A DNA stretch of 64,000 nt, taken from assembly GCA_943788055.1 (NCBI GenBank), contig CALSOU010000010.1:25805-89804 (forward strand). The letters run 5' to 3'. This DNA comes from an uncultured Saprospiraceae bacterium. GTDB lineage: Bacteria > Bacteroidota > Bacteroidia > Chitinophagales > Saprospiraceae. The notes below the pieces were generated by a model that had not been told where the DNA came from, made no database searches, and was given only the letters and a program-made list of their open reading frames with translations. Shown in pieces: positions 38,419-48,838 of the stretch (position 1 is the stretch's first letter; every line of letters starts with the position of its first letter). A program made the position numbers and the translations under genes.

Positions 38419-39438
38419 ATGGGATTTTTTAATAAATTTTTTACCAAGAAAAAGCAAGAGGACCTTGACAAAGGACTTGAAAAAACTAAATCAAATATTT
38501 TCGGGAAGTTATCTAGAGCTGTTGCCGGAAAAACAACTGTTGATGAAGAAGTTTTAGATGAATTGGAACATATCTTGATTTCATCTGACGTTGGCCTAGA
38601 TACAACTATCAAGATCATTGAGCGAATTGAAGCAAGAGTAGCGCGAGATAAATATGTAGGAGTAAATGAATTAAATGCTATTCTTCAAGATGAGATTGTT
38701 GAATTATTAGCAGAAAATAATTCAGAAGATTATGATTCATACTTACCTTTCGAAGTAAAGAAACCACATGTAATACTTGTCGTAGGTGTAAACGGCGTTG
38801 GTAAAACTACTACCATTGGAAAGGTAGCACATGCGCTAAGAAAATCGGGAAAATCAGTTGTGCTCGGAGCAGGTGACACCTATCGTGCGGCAGCAGTTGA
38901 CCAGCTTAAAATCTGGGCAGATAAGGCTGATACTCACTTTGTTTCCAAAGGAATGAATACTGACCCTGCAGCTGTTGCTTATGAAACCACAGAATATGCA
39001 ATAAATAGAGGAATTGATGTTGCCATTATTGATACCGCGGGTCGTTTACACACCAAGACTGGTTTAATGCGCGAATTGACAAAAATAAAGAATAGCATCG
39101 GAAAAAAAATGGATGGTGCACCGCATGAAATTTTACTTGTTCTGGATGCAACAACTGGACAAAATGCCATAGAACAAGCTACCCATTTTAGTGAAGCGAC
39201 TGATGTTAGTGCATTGGCGCTGACCAAACTCGATGGAACTGCAAAAGGAGGGGTAGCAATAGGAATTTCTGATCAGTTCAAAATTCCAATCAGATTTATA
39301 GGAGTTGGAGAAGGAATTGATCAGCTTCAGATATTCAACAAAAAAGCGTTTGTTGACTCTTTATTCAATCAAGAAGAACGAGTAAAAGAGAAATCTGATT
39401 ACGAGATCGAAAGTATCAAAAACCTTCCAAAGGACTAA
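38419..39438 (+). CDS. ftsY: Signal recognition particle receptor FtsY
   Basis: SRP-GTPase motifs GVNGVGKTTTIGK, DTAGRL, TKLDGTAKGG and N-terminal MGFFNKFF...LEKTK. Confidence 0.92.
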   Translation: MGFFNKFFTKKKQEDLDKGLEKTKSNIFGKLSRAVAGKTTVDEEVLDELEHILISSDVGLDTTIKIIERIEARVARDKYVGVNELNAILQDEIVELLAENNSEDYDSYLPFEVKKPHVILVVGVNGVGKTTTIGKVAHALRKSGKSVVLGAGDTYRAAAVDQLKIWADKADTHFVSKGMNTDPAAVAYETTEYAINRGIDVAIIDTAGRLHTKTGLMRELTKIKNSIGKKMDGAPHEILLVLDATTGQNAIEQATHFSEATDVSALALTKLDGTAKGGVAIGISDQFKIPIRFIGVGEGIDQLQIFNKKAFVDSLFNQEERVKEKSDYEIESIKNLPKD

Positions 39439-39604
39439 ATATGTGAATTGGCTATGACCAATATAACACAGCGGTTTGCGTCTGTGTTCTGCCGCCATTG
39501 AAGTACATAATGGATCTACAGAGTAGATGTAAAACTTGAACTATCTAACTTTCTGATGTGTCACAGAACCTGTATATAATTTGTGATATCGTTAGTTGAA
39601 AACT

Positions 39605-40960
39605 CTAAAAGCTCATACCAATATCGATTCCTTTGATTTTACGATATAAGTCAGTTGCATAGTTATCTGTCATTCCAGAAATATAGTCAATAATCCCCAT
39701 AACTCGTTCATAAGGAGTTCCATCATATGTAAATTGAATAGGCAGAAGTTTTAGAGCCATCTTATCTGCTTTAAGGCGATCAGCCTTCAAGGTTGGTTGC
39801 ACAAAATGACTTAATAACTCATACATAACATTATAACCGGCGTTTTCAATCTGAATCACAGAACGATTATTATATATTTTCTTGATCGAAATCTTCAATA
39901 TATCCTGAAGTGCCACAGATTCTTTTCTGATCATATCAAACAATCCTTCAGTATGTGTTCCATCTAAAACGGCTTCAAAGTTCTCCTCATATGACTCGCA
40001 AGCTCTCCTGATCAAAGCTCCTATCGATTTAGCTCGTAGGTAGGAGATTCTTTCATTGGCGTCAAGTAGTTTTCCCAAAGTAGCCTTGGTAGAATTAATA
40101 TCATAATTCAAATCAAGCATTAGCTGAAGCAGATAATTCTCCACACGCGGAGAGTCTAGCAACCCTAGTCTATGCGCATCTTCTAAGTCGATTATATTAT
40201 AACAGATATCATCAGCAGCTTCAGTTAACCAAACAAAAGGATGGCGTTTAAAAATAATAGGATCTTCAGACTCAGGTAACATTCCAACTGATTTCGCCAT
40301 ACCTAAGAAATTATCCTTCTCTGACTGAAAAAAACCAAATTTCTTTCGATGTGTAAATCTTTTATCTCGCGCAGTTGATTCACAAGGATATTTTGCAATA
40401 GCGGATAGAGTTGAAGCCGTCAAACTAAGGCCGTTCGCTAGTTTCCCATTTTGAATCTGGGTAAGTATTCTTATGGCGTTGGCGTTACCTTCAAAATTAA
40501 CAAGGTCGGACCATTCAGCATCTGAAAAATATGATTTTAAGACAAACTCGTTCCTTGTGAAGTAACTTGCGATAGCATCTTCACCGCTATGACCGAATGC
40601 TGGGTTTCCTATATCGTGGCAAAGGCATGCTGAAGCAATTACATTTTGTAAGTTATATTCGTAGAAATAGACACTCTCTTCAGTCAAATCATCTTTATAT
40701 TTGTCTACGATAAAGCGACCTACCTCATAGGCTATCGATCTGCCAACCGACGCAACTTCCAAGGAATGAGTTAATCTGTTATGCACAAAGACACTACCAG
40801 GAAGCGGAAATACCTGCGTCTTATTTTGAAGTCTTCTGAATGCTGATGAAAATATTATTCGATCGTAGTCTCGTAGATAGTCAGTTCTAGTTTCTTGGCT
40901 AGAAACAATCTCGTGATTATACAATCGAGCGTTCGAATACAAGTGATTTAGTCGATCCAT
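39605..40960 (-). CDS. dgt: dGTP triphosphohydrolase-like HD-domain protein
   Basis: RDYDRIIFSSAFRRLQNKTQVF, NRLTHSLEVASVGRS and CLCHDIGNPAFGHSGE match the dGTPase family HD motifs. Confidence 0.85.
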   Translation of the reverse strand: MDRLNHLYSNARLYNHEIVSSQETRTDYLRDYDRIIFSSAFRRLQNKTQVFPLPGSVFVHNRLTHSLEVASVGRSIAYEVGRFIVDKYKDDLTEESVYFYEYNLQNVIASACLCHDIGNPAFGHSGEDAIASYFTRNEFVLKSYFSDAEWSDLVNFEGNANAIRILTQIQNGKLANGLSLTASTLSAIAKYPCESTARDKRFTHRKKFGFFQSEKDNFLGMAKSVGMLPESEDPIIFKRHPFVWLTEAADDICYNIIDLEDAHRLGLLDSPRVENYLLQLMLDLNYDINSTKATLGKLLDANERISYLRAKSIGALIRRACESYEENFEAVLDGTHTEGLFDMIRKESVALQDILKISIKKIYNNRSVIQIENAGYNVMYELLSHFVQPTLKADRLKADKMALKLLPIQFTYDGTPYERVMGIIDYISGMTDNYATDLYRKIKGIDIGMSF

Positions 40961-41036
40961 TAAATGATTTATGGTATATTCTTGATGAGGTAAAGGTACA
41001 CAAAAGGAATGAACGGTAATTCGAACGAACCACTAC

Positions 41037-41430
41037 TTAATAGCCTTTCATAGGATTGCAAATTTCGATTAGAAACCCATTTTTATCCTTAACATATCCA
41101 ACTTTTTGACCCCATGGTTTCTCCACTACTGCTTCAACCAGAGTAGCACCAGCTGCTATTGCTCGCTTGAAGTGCGTTTCGATCGAAGTTGTAGTGAATC
41201 CTAGTTCAATACAAACAGCTCATCAGAATTAACCTTTTGATACTTTTCCTTAAAATTATAACTGGCGAGATCATGTCTTGCAAATGCGATTGTCGTATCA
41301 CCAGAGATTAACTCTCCATAGTCCTTTTCAGGTGTCAAAACTTCTCAAGAAAACCAAACGCCTCTTGATAAAATCGCATTGAATCTTTTACAGACTCAAC
41401 TTATAGAATTGTGTAAGCATAACTAAACAT
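41037..41430 (-). pseudogene. VOC-family (glyoxalase/bleomycin-resistance fold) gene, decayed
   Basis: My three-frame reading gives MFSYAYTIL*VESVKDSMRFYQEAFGF.. / ..LTPEKDYGELISGDTTIAFARHDLA.. / ..IELGFTTTSIETHFKRAIAAGATLVEAVVEKPWGQKVGYVKDKNGFLIEICNPMKGY. It has one in-frame TAA and at least two frameshifts. No ORF of 60 aa or more is listed here. Confidence 0.7.
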
Positions 41431-41476
41431 GTCTGAAAGATATTTGTAAAAAAGAAGATATCCTAGTGTAGGTAGG

Positions 41477-43756
41477 TTATTCCACGATTACTTTGACTAC
41501 TCTTTTACTGCCGTCACGACTACTCAACTCTAAGAAATACAATCCTATTGGCCATTCTGCAGTATACACCTCCTTTTGGACGAAAGCCCCACTTTCTTTA
41601 AGCAAAACAGTACCCATCATATCATAGACAGTGAAAGATTCAAGAAATACATCACTTTGTATCTTAAATGACTCTCTCGCTGGATTTGGATACACTGTGA
41701 ATGCAAAATCATCCTTTTTATTTATGTCTACTGTTCCTTGTAAATCCATATTACTATCATAAATAGCAAGTCCACCTCTTTGATTACCAATGACCAAATC
41801 GAGAAATCCATCATTATCAAGATCTCCTATTGCAATGGTATTCCGCTTCCCCTCGTCCAAGGCAACTACCCTGTCAGAAACAAGCGTGAATGCACCATAA
41901 ATACTATCTACAACATTTTGATATACTTTCATTCGACCTGACTCAGAACCCGTATATAGGATATAATCACTCCCTGTATCGATGAACGTAGGAGCCGCAG
42001 AACCGCTAAATGATTCTTGTATCACTCTGGTCACAACTCCACCTAAAGTTGGCGTATTTGGCAATGCATTCACATCAGCATCGAAAACAGGAGAAGTAAC
42101 TGAACCCTGATTCTCAAAATAATTGATATTTCCGAGCTTAGCTTCATTAAACGGATTCTCATTTTGGTTGCGTTCACCTATGATAATATCAAGTAAACCA
42201 TCTCGATTCAGATCTACTAATTGAGGTTTTGCATTATCTCCAACGTCAATATCTGCGTATTCAAAAATTGGAGGTGCAAAAGCATAAGTATTTCCTACAC
42301 CTGCGGTATTCTGTAGGTAAAGAAGATCTCCATTTTGGGTCCCAACAATTAAATCGTCATCACCGTCTCCGTCAAGATCTCCAAAAGTTGGAGCAAAAGA
42401 GAAGTAGCTATTATTGAAGTTTTCGAAATCAAGGTAGTTCTCATCTGTAATTTTGAACTTCAATCCATCTTCGTCTGAGATATTTTCAAGCAATACCAAT
42501 CTCGCATCGGGATTCATTCCAGCTCTGAATTTGCCAAAAGTACCTACCAAGATATCCTTCTTTCCATCTTGATTAAAATCACAGATGGCCGGATTTGTCA
42601 GAGACCCAAATTCAAACATATCGCTATTGAAAGCATCGTCTTGAACAAATTCGAAATCATGCTGTCCATTGGTAGCAGCGTTTCTATAATAATGAACATT
42701 ATTCATATTGGAAGCGCCACCTTCGTTATTTGGACAGATAAGCAAATCTGAATTTCCATCGCGATCTACATCTATTTCAAAAGCAGCATTGAATATGTAC
42801 AAAAATAACTCCTGATCGTAAGATGGAAAAGCGGTGTCTTTCGAGGTCATATAGGCACTTTCCGCACTACCTCCATTGTCGAGCCAGATAATATGTTGGT
42901 TTGTCAAATCACCGATAAGTGCTTCGTAGACACCATCTCCATCATCATCATAAAGCGTTAAGGTTGAACCTGAATGAATATTAGATTTAGTATTTCCTCC
43001 ACCCTCTTCGACGAAACCCTCGGCACATTTTGAAGGATCATCGCTCAAAAATATACTTTCGTTGAAACTACTCTCTTTAAACCTCCCCCAACAAACATCT
43101 TTCAAAATATATGTAGGTTCGTCCAATGAAATTCCTTCTTCTACACAAATATTTTGATACCAACGTACGCTTGATTCATCTCCTACAAAACTTATGATAT
43201 CGAGATCACCGTCTCCATCTACATCTATTATCTCCGGAATATCAGTGCTGATCACCTCCATATTGTAATAGAAGTTCTGAAACTTGTAATATATGATCTC
43301 AAAGTCACCAAAAGTCTGCGTGTACTTTTCAAATCTCAATTGACCATCTACAAGAACTCCATTGTAGATCTCTACTCCATCCAGTGGTGACTCAAGGTTG
43401 TAGCAGAAAATATCAGGAATCCCATCCATATTGTAATCACGAATTCTCACCCAATTCTTAAACCTAGGAAAAATGGTTTTATATTGAGGAGCGTATTGGT
43501 ACTGACCATTCTTATATAAATATGGTACAATTGCATCTCCATCTCGATCAAAAATCATCAAATCGAGAGTACCATCTTGATCTAGATCAATTTCATTGAA
43601 TTGAGGAGAGTTTAGACCTCCAGCAAGTGCGTTTGTTAGGAGATTATCTGAAGTATCGAACGCCTGCAAATTCTTGGTAGAGAAGTTTTGTCCTGAAAGT
43701 CCCACGGAACACATAACTAGGATTACACTAAAAAATAATATTTTGTTGCTTGTCAT
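41477..43756 (-). CDS. FG-GAP/VCBS-repeat protein with T9SS C-terminal sorting domain
   Basis: Repeated D-x-D/N-x-D-G-x-x-D Ca-binding loops (DLDQDGTLD, DVDGDGDLD, DFNQDGKKD, DLDGDGDDD, DLNRDGLLD, DLDNDGFLD). C-terminal CTD VYPNPARESFKI...GLYFLEL. Start placed at MTSNKILFFSV (43756). Confidence 0.75.
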   Translation of the reverse strand: MTSNKILFFSVILVMCSVGLSGQNFSTKNLQAFDTSDNLLTNALAGGLNSPQFNEIDLDQDGTLDLMIFDRDGDAIVPYLYKNGQYQYAPQYKTIFPRFKNWVRIRDYNMDGIPDIFCYNLESPLDGVEIYNGVLVDGQLRFEKYTQTFGDFEIIYYKFQNFYYNMEVISTDIPEIIDVDGDGDLDIISFVGDESSVRWYQNICVEEGISLDEPTYILKDVCWGRFKESSFNESIFLSDDPSKCAEGFVEEGGGNTKSNIHSGSTLTLYDDDGDGVYEALIGDLTNQHIIWLDNGGSAESAYMTSKDTAFPSYDQELFLYIFNAAFEIDVDRDGNSDLLICPNNEGGASNMNNVHYYRNAATNGQHDFEFVQDDAFNSDMFEFGSLTNPAICDFNQDGKKDILVGTFGKFRAGMNPDARLVLLENISDEDGLKFKITDENYLDFENFNNSYFSFAPTFGDLDGDGDDDLIVGTQNGDLLYLQNTAGVGNTYAFAPPIFEYADIDVGDNAKPQLVDLNRDGLLDIIIGERNQNENPFNEAKLGNINYFENQGSVTSPVFDADVNALPNTPTLGGVVTRVIQESFSGSAAPTFIDTGSDYILYTGSESGRMKVYQNVVDSIYGAFTLVSDRVVALDEGKRNTIAIGDLDNDGFLDLVIGNQRGGLAIYDSNMDLQGTVDINKKDDFAFTVYPNPARESFKIQSDVFLESFTVYDMMGTVLLKESGAFVQKEVYTAEWPIGLYFLELSSRDGSKRVVKVIVE

Positions 43757-43794
43757 GTAATTATTACTTTTATCGATCAAGAAATACTGAACGT

Positions 43795-45828
43795 ATGTAC
43801 ACAAATTTACCAATTTTTAAAGCATTGCGAATTACTTTAGCAGGGCTTTTGCTCGTTGTCTTCAATGTTACAATTGTACATGCACAGATAACAGATTTTA
43901 GCGTCCGTGCTTATCAAAATGGTATTATAATCAACAGTTCTGAAGAAAGTGGAACTCTCTTAGTCGATAATTTGGGTCAAGCCCAAAAGGTGAATCTGTC
44001 AAATGGAAACGCAGTTGTTCAGGGAGATATTGACAGAAAAGGTAAGTTGATTTGGATTAGAACAGACGAATCCAATACTTCTAAGATGCAAAAACTGTAT
44101 CATGTATCTAAATTGAAAAACGGCAATATCCGAGTCAAACATATTCCTCTTTGGCTGTCTTTGGTTCCTCCTTTAGTCGCTATTATTCTAGCACTTTTCC
44201 TTAAAGAAGTGATTGTTTCCCTTTTCGTGGGAATATGGAGTGGAGCGTTCATCATTGGAGGGATGCGTTTCTCATCACTCTATCATTGGATGCAATCACT
44301 GTTTGATGTCGTGCAGAACTTCATGATCGGTGCGCTAAATGATTCCGCCCACCTAAGTGTCCTATTATTCTCACTTTTGATAGGTGGAATGGTATCAATC
44401 ATTTCCAAAAATGGAGGAATGGCGGGAGTCGTTCGTGCTCTTTCTAAATACGCAAAGACTCCAAAATCAGCCCAATTTATTACATGGCTGCTAGGAGTTG
44501 CAATATTCTTCGATGATTATGCAAATACGCTTATTGTTGGAAATACGATGCGATCTGTGACGGACTCCTTCAAGATTTCAAGAGAAAAGCTCGCTTACAT
44601 TGTAGACTCCACCGCAGCACCAGTAGCTGCCGTTGCTTTCATCACAACTTGGATTGGAGCGGAACTAGGATATATTGACGATGGTATAGCTAGTTTAGGG
44701 CTTAGTAATGCCCCTACCGCCTACTCTATCTTCATTAGCTCACTTAGATATTCATTCTATCCGATACTGACTCTGGTTTTTATCTTAATCATCATTTATA
44801 CACGACGTGATTATGGCCCTATGTGGAAAGCTGAACACCGGTCTTCAACTACTGGTCAAGTTTCATCTGCAAGTACTGAGGACGAGAACGAACCTGATAT
44901 GGAAGACTTGAGTCCAGTTAAAGGAGCGAGTATAAAGTGGTATAATGCTGTGATTCCTGTCGCGACAGTTATTCTTATGACAATCTACGGCTTGTTGGAA
45001 ACTGGCTTTGGATCTATATTACAAAGTCTAAACTCAGATGGTGCTACTTATCAAGGTTGGGGACAAGCATGGGCAAATATGGAAGCAATCAGCGGAATTC
45101 CAGAAATGGGTTTTTTCACTAAATTAGGAACCGTAATTGGAAACTCAGACTCATACAGTGCTCTGATTTGGGCATCTCTAATAGGAGTACTTGTAGCACT
45201 TATTCTTACCTGGAGTCAACGAATAATAAAACTGAAAGACAGTATGCACTGGCTAGTAGTTGGTTTCAAAACCATGATGCCAGCATTGATTATTCTAACG
45301 TTGGCGTGGGCATTGGCCATAACGACAAAAGATCTTCATACCGCAGATTACCTTAGCGCAAATCTGGCTAATTCCCTCAACCCTTATGTTCTGCCAGTTG
45401 TAATATTTTTATTAGCTGCACTTATATCATTTTCTACAGGTTCATCTTGGAGCACAATGGCTATTCTCTACCCTATTGCCATACCTACAACTTATATAAT
45501 CTGCCGAAACAACGGATTAAGTACAGACTTGACTTTTGAGTTACTTTACAATGTTATCGCAACTGTTCTAGCTGCGTCGGTTTTAGGCGATCACTGCTCT
45601 CCTATTTCTGATACCACAATTCTAAGCTCTCTAGCTAGTGATTGTAATCACATTGATCATGTTCGTACTCAATTGCCATATGCTCTCACAGTTGGAGCTG
45701 TATCTTGCGCATGTACTTTCCTTTCCACCTTCTTAGGCGGAGGGTTCCTAATTTCTTTGATCCTAATTATTATCTCTATTGCGCTGCTTTATCTTATTGT
45801 GATTAAGCTTGGTAAAAAAGTAGATTGA
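43795..45828 (+). CDS. Na+/H+ antiporter NhaC-family membrane protein with N-terminal extracytoplasmic domain
   Basis: More than 10 TM segments with NhaC-like motifs (FFDDYANTLIVGNTMR, LGDHCSPISDTTILSS). Start placed at the ATG at 43795 (MYTNLPIFK...), avoiding overlap with the divergent gene. Confidence 0.75.
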   Translation: MYTNLPIFKALRITLAGLLLVVFNVTIVHAQITDFSVRAYQNGIIINSSEESGTLLVDNLGQAQKVNLSNGNAVVQGDIDRKGKLIWIRTDESNTSKMQKLYHVSKLKNGNIRVKHIPLWLSLVPPLVAIILALFLKEVIVSLFVGIWSGAFIIGGMRFSSLYHWMQSLFDVVQNFMIGALNDSAHLSVLLFSLLIGGMVSIISKNGGMAGVVRALSKYAKTPKSAQFITWLLGVAIFFDDYANTLIVGNTMRSVTDSFKISREKLAYIVDSTAAPVAAVAFITTWIGAELGYIDDGIASLGLSNAPTAYSIFISSLRYSFYPILTLVFILIIIYTRRDYGPMWKAEHRSSTTGQVSSASTEDENEPDMEDLSPVKGASIKWYNAVIPVATVILMTIYGLLETGFGSILQSLNSDGATYQGWGQAWANMEAISGIPEMGFFTKLGTVIGNSDSYSALIWASLIGVLVALILTWSQRIIKLKDSMHWLVVGFKTMMPALIILTLAWALAITTKDLHTADYLSANLANSLNPYVLPVVIFLLAALISFSTGSSWSTMAILYPIAIPTTYIICRNNGLSTDLTFELLYNVIATVLAASVLGDHCSPISDTTILSSLASDCNHIDHVRTQLPYALTVGAVSCACTFLSTFLGGGFLISLILIIISIALLYLIVIKLGKKVD

Positions 45829-45852
45829 GCATAGAATTCCATTCGATTAAAC

Positions 45853-45860
45853 TAACTTTG
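45853..45860 (+). promoter_or_regulatory. Bacteroidota -7 promoter box (TAACTTTG)
   Basis: TAnnTTTG match 24 nt upstream of the parA ATG. Confidence 0.5.
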
Positions 45861-45883
45861 CACCTTACAATCGATACGAAGTC

Positions 45884-46711
45884 ATGGGTAAAATTGTAGC
45901 AATTGCAAATCAGAAAGGTGGTGTTGGTAAAACAACGACGGCGATAAACCTTGCCGCAGCGCTTGCTATTCTAGAGAAGAAAGTGCTGCTAATAGATTCT
46001 GATCCACAAGCGAATGCCTCAAGTGGTTTGGGTTTTCGGGCGACTGCTGAAGATTATACCATATACGATTGTTTAATCAATGGCGATCATCCAAAAGATA
46101 CCATTGTTGAAACTGATGTACCATTTCTTAGTCTTATACCATCATCAATTGATCTAGTTGGTGCCGAAATTGAACTTGTTTCGGTTGAAAATCGTGAATT
46201 TCAAATGAGTATTGCACTTGAAAAAGTACGTGATGACTATGATTATATTATTATTGATTGTCTACCTTCCTTAGGACTAATTACTGTGAATGCACTCACA
46301 GCGGCGGATTCTGTGCTAGTTCCGATACAATGCGAAATCTTCTCTTTAGAAGGGTACAGCAAACTCAGATCGACAATTGGCATGGTTCAGTCAAGTCTTA
46401 ATGAGGACCTTGAAATCGAAGGGATTGTACTTTCTATGTATGATAAAAGGCTCAAGATGGCCAATTTAGTTGTCTCCGAAGTTAATGAAAACCTATCTGA
46501 GTTGGTATACGACACAATTATTCATCGTAACTCTAAGATCGGTGAAGCACCTAGTATGGGAATGCCAGTCATCACGTATGATATTTCTAGCACTGGTGCC
46601 TCAAATTACTTGAACCTTGCTTACGAGTTCCTGAAAAGAAACGAAGAAAAACTATCAAGTAGACAGTCTGCAAAACGCATCAAACAGCGTGTAAAAAACT
46701 TAAACAGCTGA
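45884..46711 (+). CDS. parA: Chromosome partitioning ATPase ParA/Soj
   Basis: Deviant Walker A KGGVGKTTT, DSDPQANAS and IIIDCLPSLG. Confidence 0.92.
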   Translation: MGKIVAIANQKGGVGKTTTAINLAAALAILEKKVLLIDSDPQANASSGLGFRATAEDYTIYDCLINGDHPKDTIVETDVPFLSLIPSSIDLVGAEIELVSVENREFQMSIALEKVRDDYDYIIIDCLPSLGLITVNALTAADSVLVPIQCEIFSLEGYSKLRSTIGMVQSSLNEDLEIEGIVLSMYDKRLKMANLVVSEVNENLSELVYDTIIHRNSKIGEAPSMGMPVITYDISSTGASNYLNLAYEFLKRNEEKLSSRQSAKRIKQRVKNLNS

Positions 46712-46761
46712 TGTTAGTTTAATAAAAGCTACATAGTAAAATAGAGAATAAGTTTAGTATT

Positions 46762-47640
46762 ATGGCAAAAAAGAAGGATTTGGGTAAAGGGCTCCGAGCT
46801 TTATTAAATGACGTCGAAAAAGGACCGATCAAAAAGAAGCGCGAGGTTGTAGATCAATTAGCTGCCACAATAGAGGAAATTGATCTATCTTCAATAGAAA
46901 CCAATCCGTTTCAACCACGAACAGAATTTGACCAAGAACAACTTGAAGAACTAGCTGACTCAATCAAGCTTCATGGGCTTGTCCAACCAATAACGGTAAG
47001 ATCTCTAGGCGACGGAAAGTTTCAACTAATTTCTGGTGAACGAAGATTTCGAGCGTCGAAAATTGCACAACTAACTTCAATTCCTGCTTACATTCGATTG
47101 GCGAATGATCAGGAAATGCTTGAATTTGCCCTAATTGAGAATATTCAAAGGCAGAATCTAAATACGATGGAAGTTGCCCTATCCTACCAGCGATTGATGA
47201 CCGAATGTTCTCTTACTCAAGAAGAACTATCTGCGCGCGTTGGAAAGAAACGCTCAACCGTCGCAAATTACATAAGGCTGCTCAAGCTTCCACCTCAGAT
47301 TCAACAATCTGTCAAGAATGAGGTGCTGACGATGGGACACGCTAGAGTCTTTGCAGGAATAGACCAATTAACAAGACAGCTTGACCTTTTTAGAAAATGT
47401 GTAAATCAGCAATGGTCAGTCAGAAGACTCGAAGATGAGGCAAGACTGATTGGATCAAGACCAAAAGTAAATGCTGGCATCGAGGATCCTGAAATCACCA
47501 AGATAAAGTCTACTCTCAGTAAAAAAATCGGTGTTAAAATATCTATAAAACGGGATTCAAAAGGTAAAGGTCAAATAGTTATACCGTTTAAGAGTGACGA
47601 TCAATTAAACGATATAATTGACATTCTACACGACTCATAA
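46762..47640 (+). CDS. parB: Chromosome partitioning protein ParB/Spo0J
   Basis: NPFQPR, GLVQPITVR and GERRFRA ParB boxes, plus the HTH QEELSARVGKKRSTVANYIRLL. Confidence 0.92.
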   Translation: MAKKKDLGKGLRALLNDVEKGPIKKKREVVDQLAATIEEIDLSSIETNPFQPRTEFDQEQLEELADSIKLHGLVQPITVRSLGDGKFQLISGERRFRASKIAQLTSIPAYIRLANDQEMLEFALIENIQRQNLNTMEVALSYQRLMTECSLTQEELSARVGKKRSTVANYIRLLKLPPQIQQSVKNEVLTMGHARVFAGIDQLTRQLDLFRKCVNQQWSVRRLEDEARLIGSRPKVNAGIEDPEITKIKSTLSKKIGVKISIKRDSKGKGQIVIPFKSDDQLNDIIDILHDS

Positions 47641-47655
47641 AATGAGAGGCCTTTT

Positions 47656-48246
47656 ATGATTAACCGCTCAATATTCACTTGCGTTTGTTTTCTTGCTTGT
47701 TTTTCAATGTATGGACAATTCGATACTAGTAATCCAACTGATCTAGTTCCAAGTGATACCATATCAGCGCCCACTGAGAGAGGGACGCTGGAAACACTTA
47801 AAGTGGTTTTCGAAGGCAAACCTGGTAAAGCGGCTACCTTCGGCATTCTTATTCCCGCAGGTGGACAATTCTACAACAGACGATATTGGAAAGTACCAAT
47901 TGTACTTGCGGCAGATGCTGCAGCTATCTATTGGTACATAGATAGCCGCAGCGAATACCGCAATTTTAAAAGTACCTTATCACTTGCTCTATTTGGTGAA
48001 AGTGTAAGCTATAGAGGTATATCCACTATAAACCGATTAAGATTCTATCGTGACGACTTTCAGTTACAATCAGAACGCGCTGGAATTACCATTGTAGTTT
48101 TGCATCTTGTTTCGATGATCGAAGCTTTTACTGACAGGCACCTTATGGAATTTGACATAGATGAGAACCTTTCTTTCCATCTAGAACAGCAATCGATCCC
48201 AATTGCAGGTTCGTATACTAGTTTAGGACTAAAATATCAGTTCTAA
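47656..48246 (+). CDS. DUF5683-family protein
   Basis: LIPAGGQFYNRRYWKVPIV motif and the conserved position directly after parB in Bacteroidota. Confidence 0.65.
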   Translation: MINRSIFTCVCFLACFSMYGQFDTSNPTDLVPSDTISAPTERGTLETLKVVFEGKPGKAATFGILIPAGGQFYNRRYWKVPIVLAADAAAIYWYIDSRSEYRNFKSTLSLALFGESVSYRGISTINRLRFYRDDFQLQSERAGITIVVLHLVSMIEAFTDRHLMEFDIDENLSFHLEQQSIPIAGSYTSLGLKYQF

Positions 48247-48258
48247 TCTTGCTTCGTC

Positions 48259-48702
48259 TTAGCAACCTCCTTTAATGATTATTTCATTGTGAGGAACACT
48301 ATAAGTGGGATCTACAGTCATTATGATGATAGAGTCACCATTTCCACGATGTTTTAGCATTTCACTTAGGTCAATGCTTTCAATTGCTTTGGAATCTACT
48401 CTGTAGATTGTCCCAGTTTTACGATTCTTGATTGCCTATCTAGAAGGCAAAGAAGTTTTCACCAAAGTCTTATCTTCTGATAATAGAACGGCAGACAAGC
48501 CAATCTTGCCTTTCATGGAAGCATCTAGCTCACATGTCGTTTAGGGTGAATAAGACTCTACCAGCATTTGATCATTATATACGATTGTCGCGCATTCGCT
48601 ATACTTTTCTGTGAAGTTCTCGACAAATGGAATTGATGTACCTTGACCAATCAAAGAATTGAGAGCAAAGATCATTAACAAAGTTTGCAGACGTAAAATC
48701 AT
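48259..48702 (-). pseudogene. Secreted protein gene with two in-frame stop codons
   Basis: My translation gives MILRLQTLLMIFALNSLIGQGTSIPFVENF...YSP*TTCELDASMKGKIGLSAV...LPSR*AIKNRKTGTIYRVD...IIIKGGC. It reads in a single frame of 148 codons interrupted by TAA and TAG. Confidence 0.5.
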
Positions 48703-48838
48703 TCGATTTATAGCTAATTTTTTAAATTATAGAATTTATCAAAATTGCACCCTACTAATAGCATGTACCTCTAAATCCCTGTAAAACGATGTAAACGAAT
48801 TGTAAATCCCTGAAAACGTAAGCAAATAGAATGTAAAT

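Noticed and set aside
43750-43813. Overlapping 5' ends of the divergent FG-GAP (track start 43813) and NhaC (track start 43750) ORFs
   Set aside because: Internal ATGs at 43756 (MTSNKILFFSV..., signal peptide) and 43795 (MYTNLPIFK...) give sensible N-termini without a 64-nt head-to-head overlap.
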